64,000 nt of DNA from Amphiscolops sp. MND2022 (GCA_964187785.1 OZ076409.1:96536001-96600000); one strand, 5' to 3'. Numbered from the stretch's first letter, positions 48,410-61,022 are shown. Notes: generated by a model not told the origin, from the letters alone. Numbers and translations are program-made.

Positions 48410-50407
48410 GTGATGAAGACCAGCGAGAAGCACACAGCCGTTCGAAGAGGCATATAAGAAGACAGAGCAGCAGATGTAGCTGGAGAAATCGATGAGTAGT
48501 ACTGGGCTATTGGTCGGGTCAATTCTTCAAGCGTGTCTGATGACATGCGTTTAACATCCGGCAATTCAGCAAGTTCGAGTCTAACGCTGCTGAGTACCGA
48601 TTGACGTGCTTCAGCGACTGAGTAGGCATGAAACTTATGAGCTATTTGTGGAACATGTTTGATCACCTGAGCCAAAGAGGGGGTCAGTTTGATAGACGCC
48701 ACGAGAGGCTCCGGTTTGCTTTCGCAGAAATCCATGTCCGGTGAAAGAACAAGATCACCTTGGTTGAATGATAGTGTGCTGGTACAACTAGGTCGAATAA
48801 GGCAAGCTTGGCAAGAAAGTGTTGATATCGAAAATCCAGCCAAGCGACTATCGTTTTTCATTTGAATGTGGATTTCTTGAGATTACATGATAAAGGCCAT
48901 CAGCTAGATAGAACGCTTGAGGAGCGTCAGGAAGCAAAATAGATTCCATCTTACAGTTTCGGAGAGATGGAATGTCATAATTATAGAACAAGGAGGGCAG
49001 GCAAAGGAGAGTTTCGTCTGTGGTGGTGGAGAAACCTTTACGACAAAGCTTTATCCTATTATTGCCGGAGCATTGCTGCAGTGTGGAGGCGCTGAGTTCC
49101 GCGAACTGGGTATTGTCTTCAGATATGGCTAGAAAGGGGTTAGTGAGTTGGTAGATTGAAGCGGTGTCACCATCGTCATTTGGTTGATGCAGTGCTGTGG
49201 CATGAGACACATTGAAAGAAGAAGAGCGGGAATTCATGGGAAAACCGAGTACAACCGATGTGCCTCGGGAAAGAAGGGATACTTCCAAGACAAGTTGTAT
49301 CTCGTAGTAAATGGCTTCTTGGCCAGGACGGAAAGCGGGGGACAGTTTGGTCCCTCTGAGGATCTCGTCGTTGGCAAGCTCGTTAACAATTTGAGACAGC
49401 TGTGCTGGAAGGAGAAACTGTGGTGTGACGTAACCAGCTGCTAGTGACGATATTGTTGAAAAGAGTGCAATTTTGTAAGCGTAAAACGCCGCACGATAAC
49501 TTTTCACATGGGTATATAAGGAGTCCAAATGATTTATGTAGCTACGTACTTCCTCAGAAAAATACATGTTTTGAATAATGTGGAGATTGCATTGCCAGGT
49601 TCTCGCCAATACACCTTTAATCTTCAAGAGGTCTGTCTGGAGTAACCTAAGGTTGGCGCCGATAGCATCGTTGATCTGCTGAACACTTTCCTGCGTTGCT
49701 TTTATTTCATGTCCCAGCATGAAAAAGTTTTCATCATTTTTTGTCTGTACACGTTGTAGAGATTCCTGGAAACTTCTTTGCTGGTCCTTAATGCAGTTGG
49801 CATTATCTTCCAACTCTCTATTGTCTGTGCAGAGGTTGAAAATCGAGAGCGCCGAACATGTAGCGTTCTTTACTGGGTCTCCGAGAACCAGTCCAGCCGC
49901 GCCAGCGGCTGCCATCAATATTCCTACCGCTCGGCGGTTTCTTGTTCCGGGATGTGTATCCGGGTCCACTCGTGTAGGTAAGAAGGACGATGCTATGTCA
50001 AGTAATCGAGATTCATCATTGCGGACACTTTGGATTTCTTTCTCCAATAACCTTAGTTTTTCTTCCAACTGATCGAATAGCAAGTGATAGAGTTCTGTCA
50101 TTTTTTGAGACTCACACAATTTTACGGTGTCCATCCCTTCGATTGTATTAGAGTTGCCTTTCGTTCGCAAGATGGAATACACATCGGTTAGGTTTATAAA
50201 AGGCATGTTAGGGAACGGCGAGAAGACGCGAACTTTGCTTTCACTTTCCGACGTCACGGCTTGGTATTTGAACACGAAAGCTGCACCTTTCTTGAAGATG
50301 GGTGTGTCCATTGTGTCACTTAGATGGGTGGCGAATTGAACATCCGCGGAGCTAAGATGAAGGGTGAATAGCCAATAGAAAAGGAGAAATACAGCCATTG
50401 TGCCCAT
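48410..50407 (-). CDS. env: Element C env-like class I fusion glycoprotein (frameshift near 48855, interrupted by B)
   Basis: Signal peptide MGTMAVFLLFYWLFTLHLSSA, furin-type site RNRR, fusion-peptide-like AVGILMAAAGAAGLVLG, heptad region, Cys-rich region, TM start. Confidence 0.85.
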
Positions 50408-50498
50408 CGGGGTTTCTCTCCTGAAGTAAGAAAATTTCGCCTTTCATGGGAAAGTGAAGACTTATAAGAAGGAAGAAGGATCAGAGAGGTTAGTATGT

Positions 50499-53400
50499 TC
50501 ATGACCCTGGGCCGTTTCTGGCAGCGTTCTTCTTCTTTTTCGGGGACAGGAAGTCGGTGAGATCACGTGGAAGTCGAGCTTTGTATAGAGGATTGGCTTT
50601 TCGTTGGTTCATGGAAGATTGTCGTAGACTTCGCGGTGGCATAGAAGTGCGCTGTACGAATTGCTGGGTCGCGCTGTCAATAATAGTTTCTAGAGGGGAT
50701 CGCAGATTTTCGTGAACGCGCGTTGGTAATGAGTGCTGGGGAGTAATGGTTCTGAAAGAAGAATCCGAGGGTTCTCTACTCTGAAAATTTGAGGTGTTGA
50801 AGCAGTCAGCGGTCTGGGTTGGGACGAATGGGGGAGCTGAAGCATTCAAGAGAGATTCTCGGTGCACGGGAGACTGCGACTGCTGGGTCTCGGATTGCGA
50901 AGTGGACGTAACAAATTATTGTGAAAAAGAACAGTTTGTTGGAGGTTGCCCTCTCATGAGCTGGAAAGTTACATCACAGTCGCTATGATCAAAACCCTGT
51001 CGCTTTGAGGGTTTTGCGGCCGTAGTAAGTGGCGTCAAGCGCTCGGGTATGTTACTCGTGGAAGGGGGTTGACCGAAGTAGGGTTTGATACGGTCACAGT
51101 GAACTATTAACTGTTTCTGGGTGCTCAATTCTTCGATTTTGTAATTGGCGTCATTGATACATTCCAGTATGCGGTAGGGTCCACGCCAAGGACTAGATAA
51201 TTTAGGACTATTTCCTTTTGTAGTGACAGGATAATGGAGGAGAATGTAATCATTTTCGTTATACGAAGGACCATGGAACTTTTTGTTGTATATGGCATTC
51301 CGTCGCAATTGTTGGGCATTAGTGCTGTGACGCACTAGTTCAAAGGCTTTATGAAAAAGAGCTTGCTTTTGTAGTACGAAGTTGTTGGGAGGCAAGGCAA
51401 GATTGGATTGAGGTCCTTTGTACATCAAATCAATGGGTAATGTCAGTTCGTGGCCAAACACTAAGAAATTCGGTGTGAAGCCTGTTGATTCATGAACAGA
51501 GGAACGATAGGCCAATAAGACGAAGGGAAGAAGTGAGGACCAATTTGATTGGTCATCGGCAATGCATTTGGAAAGCATTTTGAGCAGTGTTCGGTTCATT
51601 CGCTCAATGACTGAGTTCGATTGGGGATGGAAGGAGGTAGTTCTGGTTTTATCGATTTCAAGTCGACGCATAAGGTGCTGAAAAAGATCAGACTCGAAAT
51701 TTCGGCCTTGGTCTGTATGAATACTGTAAGGACACCCAAAACGACAAATCCAGTGTTGCAAGAGCGCGTTAGCAGTGGTTGTAGCTTGCTGATCAGGGAG
51801 TGGTATCGCCTCGTACCATTTTGTGAAGTGATCTCCGATCAATAAAATGTATTGGTTGCCGTTGGATAGCGGCAATGGCCCTAAGAAATCCATTCCGATA
51901 TGGTGGAACGGGTAACCGACTTTCCAATCGACCAAGGAATGACGGTGCGTTTTCGGTGGGTTAGAGCGTTTTTGACAAATATCACAACATCGGATAAAAA
52001 GTTTAACATCCTCCTTGAAGCCTGGCCAATAGAAGCGTTGTCGCACCTACTCAATGACCTTGTAAGTTCCTAAATGGCCAGCCGTTGGAGATTTATGAAG
52101 CGACTCAAGGACTTCTGGAATTAAGACGTGAGGTACAATCTGTTGAAGGAAGGGGGCGCTACCATCGTTAGGCTCGAATTTTTGACAGAGAATATCGTTA
52201 TGAAGGTATAGGCTACCTAATTGGTTATACATTCGCCAGGCCAGTCTCGGTAGACCTTGTAACTCACTAGTGCTAGGGGTTTTGCTGGCCCGGACCCAAG
52301 CGCGAACGTGGCGTAGGGCCTCGTCTGCCTCTCGTAGTTCTTGTAGTGTACCGATTCCACTGAATTTTCCATTGTGGTTAGGCTGCGAGGATCGTGCACT
52401 CTCTTTCAGATACACATTGATTTGAACAGTTGATGTACGGAACGTTTCTCGGATGAGTTGACAGATTTTGTCTTCGTCCAAGCAATCCACACCACATCCA
52501 GCACATGGTATGCTTATACTTTTCACTGTATTCTGTTCAGCATGTGCGCGCATACGCTCTAACGAGGCTCTGAGGGTACCGTATGTGGTTTTGTTGTTCT
52601 GCTTTTGTTTCGTAATCAAGTGGTAGATATAGCGCTGGGAGTCAGGTAACCACTGAGGCCAAATAGGATGAAGGGTGTGATCGAGGTTTGTAGGGTAGGC
52701 AATGAGAAAGTTTCTTTTGATCTTGCGAGCTACGCCCGATGACATTTTGAAGTCGGCGGAGACACAATGAGCGAAGGAGTCATTAGTTGAGAAAAGTTCC
52801 GCGGAAACCTCACGGTACTGGCCGGTTGGTGAGAGATCAGGAATGACTGGAGTAGACACATTCAAGTCTCGGTTTGGCCATTCCTGGTCACAGCCGTTCG
52901 CGTATACAACTGGCTCATCTTCACCGGGTCTGTAAGCAGGAGTTGATTGTTCAGTGATCACGTTGATGACGGAAGGAGATCGTGACAGACCATCAGCATG
53001 ACCAATCGACTTTCCGGGGCCATGCCTGACTTCGTAATTGAATGGAGCCAGCTTTTCAAGCCAGCGCGCTGTTATCCCATCGGGATCTTTGAAATTATGG
53101 AGCCATTGAAGTGCTCGGTGATCAGTAACAATTGTGAACTTTTGCCCTAGGAGATAGTGACGAAAGTGTCGGGTGAAGTTAACAATAGCGAGAAGCTCAC
53201 GCCGCGTCGCGGAGTATTTGCTTTGAGCCTTGGAGAAAGACTTCGACGCGTAACATATAGCTCGCTCAAGAGCGTCATGCTCTTGTGCAAGGACGGCGCC
53301 CATTGCAAATTGGCTTGCATCGGTGTATAAGATGAAAGGTTTGGTTAATGAAGGAAAAGCTAAAACGGGCGTCGTGGTGAGTTTTATTTTCAGGATCTCG

Positions 53401-55250
53401 AAGGCTTCCTGAGCTTCAGAGGTCCATTGGAAAGCAGACGAAGTCTCACTTGCTTTGTGAAGGGGGCGTGCAATGGCGGCAAAGTTTTGGACGTATCGGC
53501 GATAGTAAGAGGCTAGCCCCAGGAACGACTTCACCTGGGTTCGGTTTTGAGGTTGCGGGAATTCGACCACTGCTTTGACTTTGTCTGGGTCAACCTGTAG
53601 TCCATGTTGACTGACCACATGGCCGAGGAAGTTAACTTTTGTGCGAAAGAAGTCACACTTTGATGGGTTGATCTTCAAGTTGGCGTCACTGAAACGCTGA
53701 AATATTTCCCGAAGACGAGAGATGTGCTCCTGCTGAGTTTTTGCTAAAATGATGCAATCATCCAAATAAGGAACACAAGTTTCCCAAATCAGGCCCACTA
53801 GGACACTTTCCATTAGGCTCTGGAACGTGTTCGGGCTCCCAGTGAGACCCATTGGCATGCGAAGCCATTTGAAGGAGCCGAAGGGGGTGCTAAAGGCTGT
53901 AAAATCTTGACTTTCTTCAACCATTGGTACTTGGTAGAACCCAGCCGACATGTCAATGGTAGAAAAGTAGGAGCTGCCTTCTAGTGTGTCGAAAATTTCT
54001 TCAATCGAGGCGATTGGCCAACTCGACTTGACTGTTTGCTTGTTTAATTGACGGTAGTCAATGACAAGCCGAAGTTTTCCATTTTTCTTTGGAACCAACA
54101 TAGCCGGGGAGCTATATGGACTGTGACAGGGAGTGATAAGTTCTTTTTCGAGAAAAACATCGATTTTGTTTTGGAGGTCTTCTTTGTAGTGCAGTGGCAT
54201 CCTCCTGTTGGGAATTTTGACCGGCCTTGACCCTGGGTAGACTTCAATTTTGTGACTAGTGACATCGCATTAACCCAAATCCCATTCGGATGAAGAGAAC
54301 ACCTGCTCGAATTCCTTCACTAGATCTTTAAATTGTTGTCGGTATTCCTCATCGATGTCTTCGTCATTGTTGCTGAATAGTGACTCTAAGTCGTACTTCA
54401 TACTCTTCTTGGTTTTGACTTGCGACTGATTTGGTTTCTGAGACGGACGTGGGAGAGACGATTGACTGACGTTATTCAAACAGTCTTCAGACACAATCTC
54501 TGATGTCCCCAGAGTTGTGTTTTTGTATATAGTTATGTCGGAAGAGGCTGTGTTATTGAACACTATTGGAATCGTTTCCTCAGAATAGTTGAAAAGAATA
54601 TTCGGAGCGACCACCTCGCGAGTAGAGTTAAACTTTTCGAGAGGTTCAAAAATAGCATTCAAGGGGATAGGTGGTTTCTTCCAGTCCGGAATATGGGCTG
54701 GCAGAATTTTGGCATGGCCCGCTGGTACCATGATTGTTTCGGTGGCAATGACTCGAAACACTGTATTACTGGTGAGCTCAAAGGTTTTGTGGTACATGGG
54801 AACAGACTGAGTTGAGTCGAGTCTCAGTTTCATCTGCGAGAACAGTGGATCACACTTGTTTGTTTCTAGAAAATCCAGTCCCAGAAGGCAATCGGCTTCT
54901 GAATTTTCCGAGACACGGAATTCATGCTCGTACTGCTTTGTACCTGGTAGTACCGGAACCCGTATGACGCCTTTGACTGCTATAGGTAGTCCATTAGCTG
55001 CTCTCAGGTTCCTAGTACAGGCGTTCGAAGGAATGTCATTTCTTCTCTTCAGTTCATCATAGATTTTAGGGTTCAGACAAGACACACTTGCTCCACAATC
55101 ACATACAGCTTCTACATCTATGTTCAAAATTGTGAGTTTTTCAAAGACGCTACGGGGGTCAACCACTGAATTCATTGTTAGGGCTGATTGTGGGCCATGC
55201 GGTGTATTCGTGTCTGCGCGGAGGCCCTCTGGCGTAGACGTTTTCAGTTT
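50499..55250 (-). pseudogene. pol: Element C pol: protease, RT, RNase H, macrodomain, integrase (stops and frameshifts)
   Basis: DCGAS, YSSP..LVIDYR, PYLDD, YTDAS, HHCC, MDFLGP/TDQG/ERMN; in-frame stop at 52047-52049. Confidence 0.95.
52405..52818 (-). other. TARG1/OARD1-like macrodomain inside Pol of element C
   Basis: LFS..SFAHCVSADFKM..GVA, RYIYHLITK, TY..LRASLE.M..H, SIPCAGCGVD parallel the OARD1 motifs LAHCISED, RYIYYLITK and SMPRIGCGLD (recalled from memory). Confidence 0.85.
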
Positions 55251-56521
55251 TCCTGGTTTGACCGGGAAGCTCTGCAGTCCCGTCTGAAGTGGCCTACTCT
55301 ATGACAATTGAAACATGCTTTGCACTCGTTCGAGGCATGATTGGTCCGCTTACAATGACGACATTCCTGTTTCTGGTTCGATTTACTGTTGGAGTTCTTG
55401 GAATAGTCGGAAGAGTTCTTTCCTTGGTTATTACGGTTCGGTGAATGCCTTTGATTGTTCCTGTTGTCATACTCTCTGTGTCCGTTCGTCTGAGTGTGGC
55501 GACGCTCGTTTCCATCCTCAAAGTGGACCGATCGGGATCGATCTCCCGAGGTACTCCTATCATCTCGTCGTCCTCGGCCTTGATTTCTGTCGTGGGAATT
55601 GTTCCTGTTTACTTGCTGGTTCCTTGAGTTATTACTGTGACGATTGTTGTCCCGCGAATCGGACCTGTTGCTATGTGAAGCCTTTAAGTTGGCAATCTCA
55701 GCGCGTAACGTTCTAACAAGCTCATCGACTGTGTCAGACCTTTGGGAGCCGGAGGCCACTTGATTAACAGCACTTGTGAACTCCGTACTTGCTTTGTTTT
55801 GTTGTTCCGAGGCAAGGAACGAGTCAAGCTCGATAGCAAATGTTAACGCTTCATCAGCTGTGGTAGGCTTGGTTTTTCTTAGTTCCCATCGCAGGGTCGA
55901 ATTTTTTAGGCCTTCGATGAAACTGGTCAAAACAATTTGTTCAATAAGATGAGGATGGTTCCGGTATGCGCGTCTTGCTAAAGTTCGAATATCGCACAAA
56001 AAGGTAGCAATGTCCTGCGTTGGTTGTTGTTTAGCGGCTTTCAAGCGAGCTTTCAGTATATCAACATTTGTGGTGTAGTTCTGTCGGAACGCTTCGACGA
56101 GTTGAGCATAATCGCCTTGTTGTTCAGATGACAAGCTTGTATAGAAATGAAGAGCGTTTTCTCGCAGACGTAGTGCGAAATATTGCGGGCGATGGTCATG
56201 TTGATCAGAGCTCCATCCTGAGAGCATGGCAGCCGTGTTGAACTGTTGTAGATAGTCCTCGAAATCTCCAGAACCATTGAAGATTTCAGGCATCAAGCAA
56301 GATGGGAGTGACACGCTCATTGGGTAGAAAGGGGGGCGGTATTGACCGTTGACTGCCGCAGTGGAGTTAAAGATTCGTGTGAAAGCATCCGTAGTGTAAT
56401 TGTTCGAAAGTGGATCGGCGGGAGTCGAAGTAGAAGTGGCTGATTGGTTTTTAGGAGGGCCTTCGGCATGGGAAGTGCCCGTGGAGGCGTCCAGTTGCAC
56501 ACCATTTTCAGTATCACTCAT
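55244..56521 (-). CDS. gag: Element C Gag (425 aa)
   Basis: Capsid-like PEIFNG..FEDYLQQF region; tandem knuckles CRHCKRTNHASNEC and CFNCHRVGHFRRDC. Confidence 0.93.
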   Translation of the reverse strand: MSDTENGVQLDASTGTSHAEGPPKNQSATSTSTPADPLSNNYTTDAFTRIFNSTAAVNGQYRPPFYPMSVSLPSCLMPEIFNGSGDFEDYLQQFNTAAMLSGWSSDQHDHRPQYFALRLRENALHFYTSLSSEQQGDYAQLVEAFRQNYTTNVDILKARLKAAKQQPTQDIATFLCDIRTLARRAYRNHPHLIEQIVLTSFIEGLKNSTLRWELRKTKPTTADEALTFAIELDSFLASEQQNKASTEFTSAVNQVASGSQRSDTVDELVRTLRAEIANLKASHSNRSDSRDNNRHSNNSRNQQVNRNNSHDRNQGRGRRDDRSTSGDRSRSVHFEDGNERRHTQTNGHREYDNRNNQRHSPNRNNQGKNSSDYSKNSNSKSNQKQECRHCKRTNHASNECKACFNCHRVGHFRRDCRASRSNQEN

Positions 56522-57690
56522 TTTGATTGCAGAAAGAAACCTTTTCGTTCTTGCACTAGATTTGCTGACTGTTCGATATGGTTTATTCGAATGTTAATGT
56601 AGGTTACCCGCCAGAAACTGTAGATTTTGCTAATGCAGGGCGTAATATCACTTTCACACAATCAGATTTGTGAGATACCTCTGCGGAGAAAAGTTATGCG
56701 TAGATGAGCGTCAATAAGAAGTAGATTTTCGACCCCTGTTTGATTTGACTGTCGCGTCAATTTGAAAAAGAACAAGGATTTCGGGTGCAATCGTGATAGT
56801 TGTTTTCGGGAAGTGCTTTTCCGTCTGACTTCTGCGCGGTTTATGTTAGATTGATGTTCTTTGTCGTGTATTAGCATTAAATTCAAGTAAAGTTGTGAAA
56901 TTTCAGGCGAAAGGCCTTTAGCATGCTCTGGATATCTTTCCAAATAATGAAAGAGTTCAAATCGTTCGACTTGGCAGAGGAAACACGGATATTTTTGTGG
57001 CGATTGATGAGGGGGCACAGAGTTTATTTCAGAGGTAAAAACAAAGTGATACATGCGGTTCTATGGAAAATTAACGGTCCAGTTTTACGCAAAGGATTTG
57101 GTACTGTTTACACTGAAGACTTCATGCAACTGGCCGTGACATACTCCAAACGTATCAGGATGAAAGCTTGTCCGACTATGACAGTGAGAAATAAAAGCAA
57201 GACACAAATGTCACTAACTGAAGTTAAACACAAAGATGCGGAGTCTAAACGGAGTCTTCTATCCACTGCTCGCGAATACCGGGGAGGAGGTTCAGAGGGA
57301 TAATTACGGTTCAAAACGTACCGGGGTAAATGATTAGTATGGTTATGATACATAATTAATATTAGTATAGGTTAAAATTAGCTAACATTGAGGGTTTTCA
57401 AGGTTTAAGATAAGAAAAAAACTTTAATTTTTACTATCCAACACTTTACCGTCTCCTGAAACGAAGATTAATTAGCGATTTTCAAGTTTTTCAAAAGAAT
57501 TCCTGATTGCCCGTGCTCTGGAATTTGCCTACTTATGGGCCCTATCTGCCGTCTACTGTAAATTTTCGCTAGCAGGGCAACTAGCGTTAGGGCGGGACAA
57601 GTCCCGGAACGAGACCTTAAGGCAGTGTTTTGGAAACATGTGGTCACGCTAAATTACGATATTTTACACTTTTCTTCTATAACAAGAGCA

Positions 57691-57708
57691 ATCCCACTCC
57701 TGTCACCA
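57691..57708 (-). promoter_or_regulatory. Element C PBS (18 nt, tRNA-Leu-like)
   Basis: TGGTGACAGGAGTGGGAT, 1 nt from the LTR. Confidence 0.85.
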
Positions 57709-57709
57709 A

Positions 57710-58489
57710 TTCAACAACCGTGACTAGATGTTAAATCTATGACTAGAGTTCCTTTTTGTTTCCTATTTCAATCGGATGCGAGGACGGTTGTTTTAAATAG
57801 TTTTAAGCTAGCTTGCTATTCTGTTGTCGTTCTAGGATTGCTCAAGTTAAAACTTTCTTTTGCTTTTTAGGAAAGAATTTAAATTTAAGTTCAATACGTA
57901 CAAGTTAACAACTTACATTATTTTATCAATCTGCACAACTGTAGTTGAAGATAGCTGGTGGGGTTTAGAAGCAAGGTTGGAGTTGGGGAGATGAAGTTGA
58001 GACAAAAGTCAGAACTGCTTTCTTCTTCGGAGTTGATTTTGTTGAATGATCAAGATTAAATTTTTGTGCTTTTCGAAAGGTTCGAACAAGTTTTTTTCAT
58101 GAATTTTATCAAAGGGTAAATAATTGAGCACAGTAATCAAGATTAAATCCAAGCATGCAAGTTAACAAGTTGATACGAAGAATACGAAGAATAATTACGA
58201 GCAAGATTTAACAGTGATTGAGTATTCAATACGTTTTAACAACATCAGTACTTAGAGGGTACAAGTTATAACAAAGTAAATGTGAGTTATGGTTTTAATT
58301 CTTGTTGAGAGTACAAGTTATAACAATGCGAAGTTAAGTTATGAAGCAACAAGTTTTAACAAATGATTGTTCAAGAGGGGCTCTTTGCAAAGCGAGTTTT
58401 AAATTCTTGTCTGTTTTGTTTGTTTAATAAGGTACTTGAGTTTTCTTGTTGCTGTTTTGTTTTATCTTGTTCTGTCGAGGCTCGTTATA
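57710..58489 (-). repeat. Element C 5' LTR
   Basis: Direct repeat of 30196-30974. Confidence 0.93.
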
Positions 58490-59704
58490 CATTGATGGAC
58501 ACGCAGTGCAGATTTCATTGCCGAAAAAAAACGTGATCAGAGCAGCAGCTTGTTGAAATCGACCAAGGGAGAATAGAATTGGCACGCCCAACCCGGTTGA
58601 CCATCATTAGACAATCTCGATGAGGAAACACCACTTTTGCTGGAAAACAGCGAAGACAACAACGAAAATATTCTAATTTGATGTTAGGCGATGAAACAAA
58701 AAATTTATGCTTAGTTTTTCTAAACCATGGTTCATTGAGGAAACAATCAAATTATCGCTCGGCCAAATTTACCGAATAGAGTTTCAAAGTGTTTGTTGAA
58801 GGAAAGTTTGATGGCAACATCAGCGATAAAGTGGACGAACCTGACGTGTATTTCAAAAGCACCCTTATAGAGAGTCCCACAGTCATGAACAAAGCACGAT
58901 ATAATTGTTGAACTAGTTCGAGGCTGCTGGCTAAGGAGTGGCATGGTCAACCATTACCGTAGACTGACGGCATGATATGCCTCATTTTGATTTCATTAGC
59001 ACCAAACAAAACATAGTTGCTTCTATGAAAGTTAGAATTCCAAAAACATGCGAGGTATCCGAAGATGTCAGAATTTTGAAAACGTCTTGCCTCATTCAGG
59101 AATGTCGTCAATTTTGGGAGAACACTCTCGAAAAACCCAATTTTGCTTCAATGATTTATTTGAGTTGATTCATTTGTTAATAAAGAGTGTTTTTGATAGT
59201 CGAGTTTTGCCGAATTCAATTCCTACTATTGAGATAGGTTGTCCTCTCCCATCTTAACTGGGACCCAACTCTTCATAACTGCTCTTTTTGTTGTCAAATT
59301 AGAGCCATGCCCGTGAAACACCAAAAACGTGTCAGGAGAATCAGACAAACCTTTTAGGAAGTAGCACTTGTCTACATTGTTGATTATCACTCAGTTTTTC
59401 AAAAAATCACTGAAGGGTCAATTGACTGTCAAATGTCAAAATTGGTAGGCGTTCAATTGAGTTTTACGGAAGACGTTCACTCATCACAATATTGCGTTAC
59501 TTTTTCAGTATTATAATACACGTTCACGCGTAACATTAACGTCATCGATGATATATTTGGTATATTTGGGAGACGCACGAAAAGAATGCAACTACCTTGA
59601 ACCAGTTACAATAGATCGAAGATGTGTCTGTTGAAAATGTACGCAGCTGAAACATTCTTGGTTTATACAAGAATGAAGTTCGCATTGAATTGGTTTTCTG
59701 TCTT

Positions 59705-59880
59705 CACCCGGATCCATATTCTTCAGGCTTCCATGCCATTCCATGCATGGAAGCATATGATCCGTATGATTCCATACGATTCCATGCATGGAACCATGAC
59801 CTACAGACCTTCCATGCAGTTCCACGCATGGAAGTGCATGAAACCATATGATTCCATGCACGGAAAGGTATGGAACGAAA
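59705..59880. repeat. CCATGCATGG-rich degenerate short repeat array (possible MITE arm)
   Basis: Repeated TTCCATGCATGGAA palindromic units following ACCCGG. Confidence 0.5.
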
Positions 59881-60364
59881 AGCAAAAATTTGAAATTCTC
59901 AAAATTTCAAATTTTCGTTCTACTAGCGTGTCACTTTCCGGAAACAACTGGAAAACAGCTGGATTTGATTTGCTTTGAACTGGAAAACAGAAAACGATAC
60001 AATGAAACCGGAAAATCGGAGTGCTTCCAAACTAGGTATAAGGACTTGGGTTTTCAGCTTCTGCAAACTATGTTCGCAGTTTGAAACCGAGTCCGACATT
60101 TTTTGATGTGATATCGTTTTTTTTTCTCAGATCTTGTTCCAGTGGTTCTTTCAGTAATTTTAGATCTTATTCTCGAGGTTCTTACTGTTGTTTTAGATCT
60201 TGTTGTAATGTTTTTGATATTTTCAGATGTCATTAATGTGGTTTCCTTCGTTTTCCATATTAGGAACAAGAAAATCGAACGTTTTCATTTTCAAGTGCAG
60301 TGAAGTTTTTCAAATAGGCTTGGAAATCTTTTTCTTTTGTAATTGCTTTGTCTTGTATTCTCAA

Positions 60365-61022
60365 ATGGCGTCGAGTGGTGGAAATGATGATTCTTTAATG
60401 TGTTCAATATGTACAGGAATCCTTTCAGATCCCCGTATTGTGGTCCTCCTAAAAATTGTCTCAACATAATAGTTTTAAAGCGTGGTCTCAAATGGCCTTG
60501 TGTCAGGCATTCCAGAACCTCAAAATTTCAGACCTAAAACCCTTGTTTGGAATCCGAGATTATATTCAGCAGACTACTAAAGAGGCGGTTAAGAAGAAAA
60601 CAAAAAATTTCAAGGCCCCGTCCTGTAGTTTACATGATACAAGTGTAACGTTTCATTGCAAAACGTGTGATGTTGATGTTTGTGAAGAATGCATTGACGA
60701 TGGTAAGCACGATTAACATTCGTTGAGAAGTTACAAGAAGCATCTCCAAGATTAAGTTGGTGAAAAACTGAAGTATTGCGAGAATGATGTTCCAGATTTG
60801 AAGAAGCAAGTAGAAAGCTTTCTTGCAAAAAGTAATGAACATATAAACACCATCCAACCAAAATTTTCGGAACTAGAATCTTGCAAAGCGGCCTTATTAT
60901 TTCATAAGAATGCGCTCAATTATTACTTCGATAATCGATCAGCTTTGGAAGGTTTCGCTTCGAATTCTGTCTTTGATATCGATATTTCATCCATCGATTC
61001 CTTTCTTAAATTGCCCTTGTAA
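60365..61022 (+). pseudogene. Decayed TRIM/RBCC-like gene (partial RING, B-box, coiled coil)
   Basis: MASSGGNDDSLMCSICTGILSDPR, then frameshifts; B-box CSLH..FHCKTCDVDVCEECI..HD*H with an internal stop. Confidence 0.7.

Larger units (their letters stand above)
30196..58489 (-). mobile_element. Element C: env-bearing Ty3/gypsy LTR retrotransposon (~12.7 kb without the nested element B)
   Basis: Two ~780-bp LTRs, 4-bp TSD CATT (30192-30195, 58490-58493), 18-nt PBS, gag, pol, env-like gene and an extra ORF. Confidence 0.95.

Noticed and set aside
52047..52049. Programmed stop readthrough before integrase in C
   Set aside because: The stop lies within the integrase zinc-binding region and the copy has other lesions; a point mutation is simpler.
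59705..59880. CRISPR-like array in the palindromic repeats (also 12570-12740 and 62265-62481)
   Set aside because: Eukaryotic context, degenerate units, no unique spacers and no cas genes.
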